A stretch of 64,000 nucleotides of DNA from Eledone cirrhosa (GCA_964016885.1 OZ024746.1:46252001-46316000), one strand, 5' to 3'; counted from the stretch's first letter, positions 50,290 to 64,000 are shown. Translations and numbers: made by a program. Notes: generated from the sequence alone by a model not told the origin.

Positions 50290-53200
50290 GAGACCCCCAG
50301 TGCCTACCTCACAATTTCTCTCCCACCCACCCACCATAGCCTATTCGACCAATCAAACCTCAGCATGCCATTTCCACGGCTGCTGCTACTACTACCTAAC
50401 TAACTCTCTCCTCCTCTGACGCAGCCCAACACACCCTGCCATTATCCCACCACCACTGTTCTTCTAGCCCTCAATTTTCCCACCGTTATGGATGAGCTGA
50501 GAATAAATTTGAGCAACTCTGAATCAATAGATGAAATATGAATCTGCGAGCTACCAAGCACCCACGTGAAGCGACAACCCAGAGACCCTCCCTTACGAGT
50601 GTTGACAAATGCCCAAAACTCTGAGTTGGTACCATCAATGTAGGCTCAATGAAAGGAAGAGCAGGAGAAATCGTAGAAATGCTAGAGCGAAAGGAAATTG
50701 ACGTATGCTGTGTGCAAGAGACAAGATGGAGAGGAGAGTCTGCCAGAGTCCTCGTAGGAAAAAGTCGGTGCTACAAATTTTTCTGGGTGGGAAATGACGA
50801 TGGGATGGGTGATGTAGGTATACTACTAGCTGACAAGTGGGTAGATAAAGTAATCTCAGTGTACAGGGTAAACGCAAGAATCATTAAACTCAGACTAGTC
50901 CTGAATAAAACAATTACCACAATAATATCAGCTTACGCACCCCAATCGGGGCTGCCAGACGAACTTAAGGATAGGTTTTACGAGTCCCTAATACACACTA
51001 CTGCTCTAACAGACGACAAGGACTTCCTAATCATCGCAGGAGATTTTAACGGACACGTAGGTAAAAACTGCGACGGCTACAATAGAGTACATGGAGGGCA
51101 TGGGGTTGGCACAAGGAATGAGGAAGGATTCAGACTTCTAGAATTCTGCGACGCCAATGACATGTCGATATGTAACACAAACTTTAAAAAACCCGACAAC
51201 CACCTGATCACCTATAGATCAGGGGAGCACTCTAGTCAGTTAGATTTTATCCTCATCAGAGGACGTGACAGATGGACGGTCGTAAACACAAAAGCCTTCC
51301 CTAGTGAGGAATGTACATCCCAACATAGCTTAGTTGTCAGCGACCTCACGGTCAGAACTAGACGAGCCCTGAAACAGAGGCCAACCTGGAGAAGAAAGAT
51401 CTGGAAGCTGAAAGTCCCCTCAACCAGTAACAGATTTAAAGATATTTTACTCAACGCCTACGACAGTAAAGAAGAACAGATAGAGACATTTAATGTAGAA
51501 GAGAACTGGGAGTTCCTAAAAGATAATTTACTAGAGGCGACGGACGAGGTCTGTGGCTGGAGTAAGACCTCAAGCAGGAGGAGAGTGACTTGGTGGTCGA
51601 ACAATAAGGTAGATGAAGCAGTTAAGGCCAAGAGACAGGCATGGAAAGAATGGAAGAATGGGAGGCGCAGGGTACATTACATAGAGACCAAGAGGGAAGC
51701 TAGGCGACAAGTATACTTAGCTAGGAGGGAAGCAGAGGACCAGAAAATTCAAGCATGTTTTACAACGTGAGGAGCAGAAACAGGAGGTATTCAAGATTGC
51801 GAGTCAGTGTGTCAGAGATAGTTGTGATGTCATTGGAGAGAAGTGTATCCAGAATGATAAAGGTGAGCTTGCCCACACAAGTGCTGAGAAGAAAGATGCA
51901 TGGAAGAGTCATTATGATAGATTACTAAATGAGGAGAATGCATGGGAAGAAGAGACCCTACCCCAAGTAGACCCTATAGAGGAACCAGCAGTACAAGTCA
52001 GCAGCAGCGTAGTAAGTAAGGCAATCAGAGATATGAAGATGGGGAAGGCAACCGGTCCATCGCGTATAGCTGCCGAGATGCTTAAGGCATCTGGGTCTGT
52101 AGGTCACAATATAACCACACGTATCGTTAACCAGGTAATACTAGAAGGGGCCATACCAAATGATTGGTGCAGTAGCATCATTGTCAACTGCTACAAAGGT
52201 AAAGGCGATGCACTAGATAGAGGAAACTATAGAGGTATAAAGTTGATGGACCAGGTCATGAAAGTAACAGAAAGAGTTATAGAACAGCTGATTAGGGACC
52301 GGGTGAAAATAGACGAGATGCAATTTGGGTTTGTACCAGGAAGAGGCACCACTGATGCCCTCTTCCTTGTGAAGCAATTACAGGAAAAGTACCTAGCTAA
52401 AAGTAAGCCACTCTACTTGGCATTTGTCGACCTTGAGAAAGCCTTTGACAGAGTTCCACGCGCTGTAATCTCGTGGGCTCTTAGAAAACTAGGAGTAGAT
52501 GAATGGCTTGTGAAAGCGGTACAAGCCATGTATAGGGGAGCAGTCAGCAAAGTTAGGATTAGCAATGAGTATAGCGAGGAATTTAGCGTACAGGTTGGGG
52601 TCCACCAGGGCTCTGTTCTTAGCCCTCTCTTGTTCATCATAGTCCTGCAGGCAATAACAGAGGAGTTTAAGACCGGATGCCCATGGGAACTCCTGTATGC
52701 TGATGACCTCGCACTCATAGCTGAATCTATGGTAGAACTAGAGAATAAATTCCAAACCTGGAAGCAGGGACTAGAAAGAAAGGGTCTCAAAGTCTACATG
52801 ACAAAGACTAAGGTCCTTGTAAGTAGACGAGAAAACAGAACCCAGATCCCCTCAGGGAAATGGCCTTGCTCAGTATATAGAAAAGGTGTAGGTAGGAACT
52901 CCATTCTCTGCCCCAAATGCAAACAATGGGTACACAAGAGATGTAGCGGGATCTCAGGAAGCTTAATTAAGAATGTAGGATTCACATGCAGCAGCTGTGC
53001 TGAGACAGCAAACAGCAAACAGCCACAGGAAACAAGTACCACCAATCTCTGGGAGGGCCCTGTAGAAACAGTTGACAGCTTCTGCTACCTAGGTGACCGA
53101 ATTAGCAACGGAGGTGGGTGTTCAGAAAGTGCAATAACTAGGGTAAGAACGGGATGAAAGAAGTTTAGGGAACTACTACCACTGCTAGCTGCAAAAGGCT

Positions 53201-53965
53201 TCTCCCTCAGAATGAAAGGCAGACTGTATGATGTGTGTATCCGAAGAGCGATGTTGCATGGTAGTGAGACCTGGGCGCTGAAGGTGGAAGACTTACGTAG
53301 ATTAGAGAGAAACGAAGCCTGCATGCTCCGATGGATGTGTAACAATAATATACGTGAACGACAAAGCATAAATGAATTGAGAGAGAGACTGAGCATAAGA
53401 GGAATCAAATGCTGTGTGCAGGAGAGGCGGTTGCGCTGGTATGGCCATGTGATGCGTATGAAGGATGATAGCTGCATAAAAATGTGCAGAGCACTAGAAG
53501 TTGATGGAAACCGCGGAGTGGGGAGACCCAAGATGACCTGGGATGAGGTGATAAAAGCCGACCATACCCAATTACACCTCTCAAAGACAATGACACACGA
53601 CCGTGACTTCTGGCGTCACGCAGTAATACAGAGTACCCGACCTCCCATGGGTATAAGTTGAAGCATATAGACAATATGCCCCCACACCCCTCACCGCAAG
53701 GTGGTCGTGGAGGTGCCACGGAAAAAAGCACCCAGCCCACACTGTAAAGTGGACGTGTAGGCGCCACGGAAAAAAGTACCCAGCACTCACTGTAAATGAG
53801 GTTGGTGTTAGGAAGGGCATCCAGCTGTAGAAACCAAGCCAAATCAGTTCCTGTATGAGCAAGGCATGGTCAGCCGACCAGACACTGCCCACAACAGGAC
53901 AACCCGTCTAACCCATGCTAGCGTGGAAGAACGGACGTAAAACGGTGATGATGATGATGATGATG

Positions 53966-53966
<1 letters not shown>
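50290..53966 (+). mobile_element. Near full-length RTE-clade (BovB-like) LINE
   Basis: C-rich 5' region (start approximate), single APE-RT ORF, modular 3' UTR, (GAT)n tail. Confidence 0.93.
50538..53661 (+). pseudogene. RTE ORF2: APE endonuclease + RT + PHD-like finger; stop ~50624, frameshift ~51745, TGG>TGA at 53155
   Basis: GTINVGSM, VQETRW, SAYAP, GDFNGHVG, LDFIL, SQH (APE); NYRGIKL, QFGF, FVDLEKAFD, GVHQGSVLSP, YADD (RT). Confidence 0.92.
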
Positions 53967-53999
<33 letters not shown>

Positions 54000-54299
54000 A
54001 TCCCTTTTGTTCTGATGGTTTAGCTAGCAAGATTATGGTGAAGCACTAGTGTATTTTAAATCTGGATTACAAAAGTATTTTTCATTAAGAAGTAAAAACT
54101 CTCCACTGATAAATCTTAGTGGGTAACAATTATTAATGTAAATTCCTAATTCTAATCATTACTATATTCTACCTGATGAAAAGAAAGATTTTACATAAAA
54201 AATTCTCACACATAGCATCATTTTGTATGTTACATTTGGTGGTTCTTATATAAATGGTTAAGATATTCTTTTATAATTGATGTATAATAAACTTATAGG

Positions 54300-54440
54300 A
54301 GTTAGAAAGTCGGATAGAAAGCTTTGTGGTTTTTGTTCTGGCTCTTTTGTCTCTGAGTTCAAATCCTGCGAAGGTCAATTTTGATGTTCATCCTTTTGAG
54401 GTCGATACAAAAGTACCAGTCTAGTATTGGAGTTTGATTC
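54300..54440 (+). mobile_element. Degenerate family M SINE
   Basis: GAGTTCAAATCC...TTCATCCTTTTGAGGTCGATACAAAAGTACCAGT. Confidence 0.6.
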
Positions 54441-54752
54441 TTCCTCTATATATATTTCTCAATTCCTCTCTCTCTCACCTTTTTCTTAAAATGCCCAAGA
54501 AATGCAGTATGTCAATACAACACCACTAAGACTCCATCAGGTGTTACAGGAAGAGAGAAATTAGAGATAATAAACTTAAATGTTACAAACACAAAATATG
54601 ATGTAAATAGGTGGATAGAAAGAACTGCCTTCAAGAATTGAACTATGTATTTGTTGTATGTTAGACAACAGTATTAGCCATTGTATAAAATTAACTGACA
54701 ACTCAGTCACCTGTAGTGGATGTAAATGTCTAACTAGTTATGCTACAATTTT

Positions 54753-55442
54753 TTAACGCTATAAAACCTGAGTGTTTTAGGGGTTCAGTATGCCGGGGGG
54801 GGGGGTTCTCATAGCCCCCTCCCCTTGTTTTATTCCAGAACTGCTAATGCTATGACAATGAAACTTGGCACAAGTATACACCATTGATAGGCAAACATTT
54901 CTACATTACAAAAAGGTTGCTGACATATTTGTACTGATGACGTCATCAGTTGTACCCAAATGTGTTAAAATTTAAACTTTTATAGTGTTCAACATTTTTC
55001 CAGAACCTCTAAGACTATTGCCATGAGACTTTGCAAGGATGTAGGTACTGCATACATTGTCATGTTTGCTACTAAATGAAATAACAACGATGCAAAGTCA
55101 AACGTTTTGCAAAATAGATAAAATATTGTTGCCATGTTAACCATATATTAGATAGGTAATATTGTTTAGCAATATTATTTCAGTTACAAAGGCTGCATAA
55201 TCAAATTCTGTAACAAGAAAAATCAAAGAAATATCATCATTTTATACCACTTCATACCATTTCTATGGCAATGGGGAAGTGTTTTTCAAAATCAGTTATG
55301 TGAGCATTTAACAGGATAAATTTTAGGATGTCAGCAAATTTCAGAAAAATATGCTTCCTTTAAATAATTATGCAAAAACAAAAAAAACATTAAAGGGATT
55401 CACACAGTCCCCCCACCCCCACTCCAGGCAAAATATGGTTAA
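54753..55442. mobile_element. Possible TTAA-flanked non-autonomous DNA transposon
   Basis: TTAAC.CTAT....CCTG / CAGG....ATA.GGTTAA imperfect ends with subterminal G and C runs. Confidence 0.45.
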
Positions 55443-56009
55443 CTCCAATTGTATTTCACAAACTTCCCTGCTCCACTAGTGGAAAGATCATCCTATCACT
55501 TTTAAACTTATATCAAACTCACACAGAGTATGCTCATGCTGACTGAGTTGATACAAGAATGAATGTAACATGATATAAACAATTCATATTTTTAATAATT
55601 TATGAATGATAAACTATCAACTTTCCCCAACTTATTTTGTCTTTCTAAATGCATTAAGTTTATCTCTACTAGTTCCTAGTAGAATGGTCTTTGCCAATCA
55701 ACTTGATCTTGTTACATAATCATGCCATCTTAGCTTCAAAGTTATGAGGTCTTCATGGAGGCCAACATTATGTTAGATGGTTTTGTTCAGACCTGCTTGT
55801 TTGTAAATGGGGAAGACTTCTTGTTACACAGCATGTCATGATGTCATCCCAAAACACCACTACAATGAAAAAAAAAAATAGTTTCAACACTGCCTAGAAT
55901 AAGGCGTAACATTATGTTTTGACAGTTGACTCTTTGGTAACAAATCAAATTCATTCCAGAAGCTCATGAGTTACGAAAACTCATTACCAGAAACATTCCT
56001 TCCTACATC

Positions 56010-56180
56010 AATTAAAATATATGTTGATGTTAAGAAGAACATCAAGCCATAGAAATTAAGCCAAAATACACATCCATATGAACAAGACATGATCATCTGG
56101 CCTGACTTGTCTCATAATGTGACAACCTGTTTAACCCATGCAAGTGTGGAAAAATAGATGTTCAATGGTGATGATGATGT
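56010..56180 (+). mobile_element. Degenerate RTE 3' UTR fragment
   Basis: TAACCCATGCAAGTGTGGAAAA + (GAT)n. Confidence 0.55.
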
Positions 56181-56599
56181 ATTTAGGAATAATTAGTTCA
56201 AAAGCCTCAGTCAATACCGAATGTCTATATCAAATAATTAATCATTTCTTCATTTAATAATAATAATAATTTCTTTGTTACTTAGTTAAACATTATTTAT
56301 TTTGTTCATTTAAAAATTAATCAAATATAAATTATCAATAAGAATATAAATTTTAAGAAAAAATAAACAAAAAAGATAAATTCACTTTCAATTTATTGTT
56401 TTGTTTACTACCAACCTGTCTTAGTTGATGCATATTATTAATAGAACACGGGGAAATAATTCAATGAATTTAAGGCAACCACCAAAATACACCACCTTAG
56501 TCTTTAAATCATTAATTTTGTATGGAAATTGCTCATTGACATGATTTCATTCAATAACAAATTAATGAAAAAGTTTTTGTTAGCATGATTTACAAAAAC

Positions 56600-57875
56600 T
56601 CATCACCATTTTCATGCTCATTTTTCATGCTTGCATGGGTTGGAGGGTCCTTTTCTGCACAGCATCTTTCCATTCGCTGCATTCCTTTGTCATCTTTTCT
56701 GAATCTCAGCAATTTGAGATTAGCTCTCTATTCCTTGGTCTACCTCTGTTGTGGCTTCCCTCCACTAAGATTTCTTGGCACTTGTTCACCAAGCGATCAT
56801 TAGTCATGCACATCACATGTTCATACCAATATAGTCTTCTCCCTTGCACACAGCTTTGGATTCCTATTAAACCCAGTTTCACTCTCAGTACATCCAAGCT
56901 CTGCCTTTCTCTGACATATACATTGCACATCCAACGAAGCAAGTTGCTTAATTTCTCTCCAGTCAATGCAAGTCCTCTGCAGTCACTGCCCATGTTTCAC
57001 TACCATGCAGCATCGCACTTCACACACAGCTCTCATAGAGTTGTCCTTTTCTATGCAGGAGAAACATTTTGCAGTCAACAGTGGGAATAGCTCGCTAAAT
57101 CTTTCCATCTTATCCTTACTCTAGCTTTTACGCTCTGAGAGCACGCTCCCCTGCAGCTAACTAGGTCACCAAGATAGCAGAAGCTACCAACCAGTTCTAT
57201 GGATGCTTCATATGATTGAAAAGGTTTATATCCTTGATGCTCGTCCCTTCAATTACCCCTGCGCATCTTCTACATACAAAATCTTCCCTTCCTGTTAGTC
57301 AACCTGATATCTCACTGCAACTTTTGTATACCCAGGGTTTACTTGTGAATATTTTATAGAGTTTATGCTTACTCCTTTTCTATATAATGAGCAGGGCCAC
57401 TTCCCTGAGGGAATCAGGATCCTATCTTCTTTCCTACTTACTAGCATTTTAGTTTTGGTTAGGTTTACTCTCAAGTGTTTTGATTCCAAGTTCTGTTTCC
57501 ATAGTCGGAACTTATTCTCAAGTTCTTTTATGGATTCAGCTATGAGGAGCAGGCTATCCACATAAAGAACTTCTGGCCTCGATAACTATGATGAATTGCA
57601 ATAGGCTAAGAACTGAACCCTGATAAATACCTTCCTGAAACTTGAATTCCTCACTAAAATTACTTACTACTTTCACTTTACTGACAGCTCTTCTATACAA
57701 GCCTTGTACTGCCTACACCTAATTTCCTAAAGGAAATTAGGTTTAGAAGATAATAGAAGGTGTCGAAGATAATATATCAAGGTACTCTGTCAAAGGCCTT
57801 TTCTAAATCAACAAAAGCAAAATATAGCAGCTTATTGTTGACTAGGAACTTCTTGTGAGCTTGTCCCACTAAAAA
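56600..57875 (-). mobile_element. Degraded 5'-truncated RTE LINE
   Basis: FVDLEKAFD, QGSVLS, IPSGKWPC, FCYLGD, LRWMC, GRPR and the 3' tail on the minus strand. Confidence 0.88.
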
Positions 57876-57894
57876 TTCCAGTACTTCCAGTTCC

Positions 57895-58070
57895 TCAGAG
57901 AAATAACAACCCAACCAGGAGCTGGGCATATCAGAGTATTGACGGAGTAAAACACTTTAACGACATGTCTACCTGTCTCTACCACACCAATTCGGACTAC
58001 CTGAAGAGGTCACAGCCAATGATGCCTGTCACTGAATTATATATAACAGTACATCTTTAATAAATGAAAC
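57895..58070 (+). repeat. Second family H2 copy with a degenerate hammerhead
   Basis: GAGAAA...CTGGGCATA...CTGAAGAGGTCA...TCACTGAATTATATATAACAGT parallels 9250-9417. Confidence 0.45.
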
Positions 58071-58104
58071 CAAATTTTAAATATTTGACTTAATTATTTT
58101 ATTT

Positions 58105-58141
<37 letters not shown>

Positions 58142-58228
58142 TATACATATATATATATACATATATATACAAATATATATACATATATGTATATGTACAT
58201 ATATATATATATACATATATATATACAA

Positions 58229-58262
<34 letters not shown>

Positions 58263-58263
<1 letters not shown>

Positions 58264-58601
58264 TCAGCATCATCATCATTTTAAATCCGCTTTTCCCTGC
58301 TTGCAAGGGTGGGACGGGAACTGATTCTGGCTTGATTTCTACAGCTGGATGCCCTTCCTAACACCAACCTCATTTACAGTGAGTGCTGGGTGCTTTTTTG
58401 CTGTGGCAGCTCCATGACCACTTTACAGTGGAATGATATGGACCCCAGTCCCTATCATCTCATTTCTACAGCTGAGTAAACTGGAGCAATGTGAAATAAA
58501 GTGTCTTGCTCAAGGAAACAACACATCACCCAGTCTGAGAATTGAACTCACAACCTTTCGATTGCAAGGCCAATGCTCTAACCACTAAGCCATGTGCCTC
58601 C
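58263..58601 (-). mobile_element. Full-length CORE-type SINE family A
   Basis: Reverse complement of the 9813/1689 copies with an (ATG)n tail; inside (TA)n. Confidence 0.9.
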
Positions 58602-58622
58602 ATATATATATGCATATATATA

Positions 58623-59272
58623 CAGTGCATCTTCGCTTATCCGGATATCGCTTTTCTGAAATTCGATTTACCAGACGGCTATTTCTATATTTCCTCCGGA
58701 TGAGGAGGACTTGATTTCAGCAGATGGACAGATTCGGGCAGCATTTCTTCTGGCGAACGTTACGTCACTTATGCAGCCAATGGACCATGGAGTGTTGGAG
58801 ACACTAAAGCGGATTCACAGAAAACAATTGCTATGGGATTTGATCGGAAAAGGGGACACGGGAATGATTCCATTTTTACGTGCAATAAACATGAGGGAGG
58901 TGGTTGACTGTTCAGCTGTTGTGTGGAAATGGTAGCGGAACGACGAGTTTCGGCGCGAAAATGATCTTCTATTTATTCATTTTTAAAAAAGTACTAACTT
59001 TTTATGGTTTGACTCAATTCAGTTTTACCAAGTTTTTAGTTATTCTTATTTAATTAATTTTCTTATAAATTCTAGCTGTTCTTTTGTTATTCTAATAAAC
59101 TTTCTTTACTTAGCATTTGTCTTTTATTTTGACTAAAAGAAGCCCAAACATTAGAAACCACGAGCATTATGTAACAATTGGATTCTAGAATTCACTTATC
59201 CGGATATTTCACTTAACCGGATCTTTTTCAAACTATTTGGTTTTGACCATCCGGGTAAGTGAAGATTCACTG
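58623..59272 (+). mobile_element. Tigger/pogo DNA transposon internal-deletion derivative
   Basis: TA-CAGTGCATCTTCGCTTATCCGGAT / ATCCGGGTAAGTGAAGATTCACTG-TA TIRs; DDE fragment FLLANVTSLMQPMDHGVLETLKR (58711-58935). Confidence 0.88.
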
Positions 59273-59723
59273 TACATATGTATATATATATATGCATATA
59301 TATACATATGTATATATATATATATACATGCATATATATACATATATATATATACATATATATATGCATATATATACATATATATATATATGCATATATA
59401 TACATATATATATTCATACATATATATACATATATATATACATATATATACACATATATATACATATATATATACATATATATATGCATTTATATACATA
59501 TATATATATGCATATATATACATATATATATATGCATATACATATATATATATGCATAAATATACATATATATATATGCATATATATACATATATATATA
59601 TGCATATATATATATATATATATGCATATATATACATATATATGCATATATATATATATATATATATATGCATATATATATATATGCATATATGTACATA
59701 TATATATATATGCATATATATAT

Positions 59724-59762
<39 letters not shown>

Positions 59763-59871
59763 TATATGTATAAATATATATACATGCATATATATATACA
59801 TACATATGTACATATATATACATATATATATATATACATATATATACATATATATATACATATATATACAT
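59273..59871. repeat. ~600-bp compound (TA)n/CA/TG microsatellite
   Basis: Direct observation. Confidence 0.97.
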
Positions 59872-62117
59872 AGCATGTTCTACAACGCGAGGACCAAAAA
59901 CATGAGGTGTTCAGGATTGCTAGGCAATGTGTCAAGGAAAACCATGATATTGTCGGGGAGAAGTGTGTACTTAATGATGATGGTGTAATTGCCATCACTG
60001 ACACTGATAAGAAGGTAGCTTGGAAGTGTCACTACGAAAGGCTACTAAATGAGGAGAATAAATGGGAGAAAGACAGTCTCCCCCACATCGACCCAATAGA
60101 GGGACCAGCAGTGTTAGTCGAAGGTAGTATAATAAGTAAGGCAATCAAAGAAATGAAGACGGGTAAGGCGGCTGGGCCTTCGGAAATAGTTGCTGAGATG
60201 CTGAAAGCCTCTGGGATGGTGGGACACACCATGGTCACCCGGATAGTAAACCAAGTCATACAGAATGGAGTTGTTCAATAACTGCTACAAGGGTAAAGGA
60301 GATGCCCTAGATAGGAGTAACTATAGAGGCATTAAATTAATTGAACAGGTCATGAAGGTCACGGAAAAAGTAATAGCGAAACTAATCAGAGAGAGAATTG
60401 ATCTAGATGAAATGCAGTTCGGGTTTGTGTCAGGCAAAAGTACCACATACGCTCTTTTCATTGTACGACAACTACAGGAGAAGTACCTAGCTAAAAGTAA
60501 ACCCTTATACTTAGCTTTTGTTGACTTGGAGAAAGCCTTCAACAGAGTCCCTCGTTCCATTATCTGGTGGGCTCTTAGAAAACTAGGTGTTGATGAATGG
60601 CTTGTGAGAGCTATACAAGCCATGTATAAAGAAACAGTCAGCAAGGTTAGAATTAACAACGAATATAGTGAAGAGTTTAGCGTAAAAGTTGGTGTTCATC
60701 AGGGCTCCGTTCTTAGCCCCCTACTATTTATTATTGCCCTTCAGGCTATAACAGTGGAGTTCAAGACCGGCTTCCCATGGGAACTCCTATACGCAGATGA
60801 TCTAACGCTTGTAGCTGAATCAATGGCCGAACTAGAGAAGAAATTCCAAACATGGAAGCACGGCCTAGAATCAAAAGGCCTTAAAATTAACCTGGCTAAG
60901 ACTAAAGTTCTAGTTTGTAGGAAGGAAAATAGGGCGCCGGCCCATCCGGGAAATGGCCATGCTCAGTGTGTAGGAAAGGAGTAGGTAGAAACTCCATTTT
61001 ATGTCCCAAATGCAAAGTAATGGGTGCATGAAAGATGTAGTGGGATCACAGGTAAGCTAACTAAGAACATAGATTTTACATGTGGCTGGCGCTCTGGTGC
61101 AATAAGTAGCAGCAAGTGCCTAGAGAATACTAGCTCTTTCAATTGCACAGAGGGTTCTATAGAAATAGTGGACAGCTTCCGTTACCTGGGGGACAAAATC
61201 AGCAGTCGGGGAGGGTGCTCTGAAAGTACAGTAGCTAGAGTCAGAACTGGATGGAAAAAGTTCAGAGAGCTTATACCACTATTAGCCGCTAAAGGGTTCT
61301 CCCTAAAAATGAAAGGCAGGCTGTATGATGCCTGCATACGAACAGCAATGTTGCATGGCAGTGAGACCTGGGTATTGTGTGCAGAGGATCTACGCAGACT
61401 AGAGAGGAATGAAGCTTGCATGCTCCGCTGGATGTGTAATAGTAATATACGTGAACGGCAAATCATTAACGAACTAAGGGAAAAATTAGAAATAAGAGGG
61501 ATCAGATGTTGTTTACTCGAGAGAAGGCTACGTTGGTATGGTCACGTGATGCGCATGAAAGACGACAGCTGTATAAAAAAGTGCAGGGCAATAAAAATAG
61601 ACGGTAGCCACGGATTAGGCAGACCCAGAAAAACCTGGGACGACTTGATAAATTCCGACCTCACACACTTACACCTCTCCAAGACAATGTCACTGGACAG
61701 AGATCTTTGGCGGTACACAGTAATAGAGAAGACCCACCTTACCTAAATACAAAGTAAAACCTACTACAGTCAGTAGGCACCTCTAACAAAATACACCTCC
61801 GTCCCACTACTCCCACGCCATCCACACTACCCCTTTCAATCTAAGTTATGTTGGTACCACAACATCCAGGCCAAAACAAATGAGGTCGTGTAGGTGTCAC
61901 AAAAAATAAAAATACACAGTCCACGCTGTAATGTGGCCGTGTAGGGAACACGGTGAAAACCTCCCAGTTCCACACTGTAAATGTGGTTGGTGTTAGGAAG
62001 GGCATCCAGCCGTAGAAAACCTGCCAGACAGTCCTATGTGAGCAAGACAACCACTCTTGCCTCAAGTGGGAAAACTCCCGTCCAAACCCATGCAAGCGTG
62101 GAATATGGACGTTAAAC

Positions 62118-62153
<36 letters not shown>
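59872..62153 (+). mobile_element. 5'-truncated RTE LINE (second subfamily), frameshifted RT
   Basis: ORFs 59907, 60265 and 61024 join into RT-PHD-thumb; modular 3' UTR; (GAT)n tail. Confidence 0.93.
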
Positions 62154-62304
62154 ATGTATATATATATATATATATATGCATATATATATACATATATATA
62201 TACATGTATATATACATGCATATATATATACATATATATGTACATATATATGCATAGTAGGAGGTTTGCCAATATATACATATATATGTACATATATATA
62301 CGTA

Positions 62305-64000
62305 GTAGGGGGTTTGCCAATGTTCTGCGACGGGAAGATCAGAGGCGTGCGGTGTTCCACATTGCAAATCAGTGTGTCAATGCAAATCAGGATGTTGTTG
62401 GATAGAAATGTGTCCGTGATGATGCCGGTGTACTTAGTGTCACGAATGATCAGGAAAAGGTGGCCAGGAAATGTCATTATGTGAATGTGGAGAACGAATG
62501 GGAGAGAGAGAAATTACCCTTAGTAGATCCGACAGAGAGACCAGCTATTGAGATTGATGAATATAGAGTCCAAGAGGCGATTAGGGAAATGAAAAATGAT
62601 AAGGCTGCTGGACCATCAGGAATAGTTGCTGAGATGCTGAAGGCATCAGGGGATGTAGGCTCTAAACTCGTTGCACGCATCATCAATCAGGCTATATATG
62701 GTGGTGTCATACCCAAGGACTGGTGCAGCAGTATTCTCATAATTTGCTACAAAGGTAAATGGGCTGCTCTGGAGAGGAGCAATTATAGGAGTATAAAACT
62801 GATAGATCAGGTTATGAAAGTGGCAGAAAGGATATTAACACAACTAATTAGAGAAAGTGTCAAACTAGATGAGATGCAGTTTGGTTTTGTGCCTGGGAAG
62901 AGTACAACAGATGCCCTCTTCTTGGTGAGACAATTGCAAGAGAGGTTCTTAGAGAAAAATAAGCCACTATACTTAGCCTTTGTTGACCTAGAGAAGGCCT
63001 TTGATAGGGTACCCCGATCTGTCATCTGGTGGTCCATAAGGAAGCTAGGTGTTGAGGAATGGTTTGTGAGGACAGTGCAAACTTTGTACAGAGGTACTCT
63101 CAGTAAAGTCAGGGTAGGAATGGAGTTTAGTGAGGAATTCCAGATACAAGTAGGAGTACATCAAGGTTCGGTCTTCAGCCCGCTCTTGTTCATTATAGTC
63201 CTCCAAGCCATAACAGAGGAGTTTAAGACTGGCTGTCCATGGGAACTTCTCTATGCTGACAATCTGGTTCTTATAGCAGAATCAGTAGAGGAGCTAGAGA
63301 ATAAATTCTGGCTATGGAAACAGCAGTTGGAAGCAAGAGGACTGAGAGTGAACCTAGCTAAGACAAAAGTGTTGATGAGTAGAAAAGAGGACAAAACTCT
63401 GATTCCGTCAGGGAAATGGCTATGTTCGATATGCAGAAAAGGAACTGGCATAAATTCTATAAAATGCACACAATGCAGATACTGAGAGATGTAGCGGGAT
63501 AGTAGGCAAACTAACAGGTAGGGAGAAATATGTATGCAGTAGATGTACAGGGAAATTAGACAGTAGAAATCGCATTGATAGACACATTTTTCAAATGCAG
63601 GCGGGTGTTATAGAAGTGGTGGATAGCTTCCGGTACCTAGGAGATCAGATTAGCATGGGAGGGTGGTGTTCCGAGGCCATAGTATCTAGAATAAGGACGG
63701 GTTGGAAGAAGTTTAGGGAGCTGCTTCCTCTGCTGATGAAGAAGGGTTTCTCCCTGCGTAAGAAAGGCCGGTTATATGATGCCTGTGTGAGGAGCGCGAT
63801 GTTGCATGGTAGTGAGACATGGGCAGCAACTGTTGATGATATGCGACGGCTGGTGAGAAATGAGGCAAGCATGCTCCGTTGGATATGCAGTGTCAATGTA
63901 CGTGAACGACCCAGCATGAATGGGCTGAGAGAGAAACTGTCTGAGAGGGATAGAATGTAGTGTACGGGAGAGGAGACTAAGTTGGTATGGACATGTGATG
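62305..64000 (+). mobile_element. 5'-truncated RTE LINE (third subfamily), runs off the window end
   Basis: KAAGPSG, NYRSIKL, QFGF, FVDLEKAFD, GVHQGS, YADN, FRYLG, MLHGSETW. Confidence 0.92.

Noticed and set aside
53155-53157. In-frame TGA as selenocysteine or readthrough
   Set aside because: The sister copy has TGG (Trp) at this site; the Penelope lesions are TAG/TAA, so there is no Naiad-type Sec evidence
59196-60004. Long Tyr/Ile-rich ORFs (also near 10556, 58109 and 62062-62484)
   Set aside because: Translations of (TA)n-type microsatellites

Overview
AT-rich eukaryotic DNA with no convincing host gene, most consistent with an octopus (coleoid cephalopod) intergenic or intronic region; this assignment is inferred from the SINE/LINE repertoire. 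The main feature is a young Penelope-like retroelement (10640-16912): an inverted pseudo-LTR, a partial tandem of RT + GIY-YIG, a minimal hammerhead ribozyme in each of three pLTRs and an Asn-rich insert. Also present are a near full-length and several truncated RTE-clade LINEs that all carry a PHD-like finger inside ORF2, CRE and R4/Dong RLE-LINE relics and a Gypsy gag relic. Smaller elements include tRNA/CORE-type SINEs with interchangeable tails, TTAA and TA MITEs, long hairpins and many (TA)n microsatellites. Two further short non-coding repeat families appear to carry degenerate minimal hammerheads. All calls were made by eye, and boundaries of old elements are approximate.
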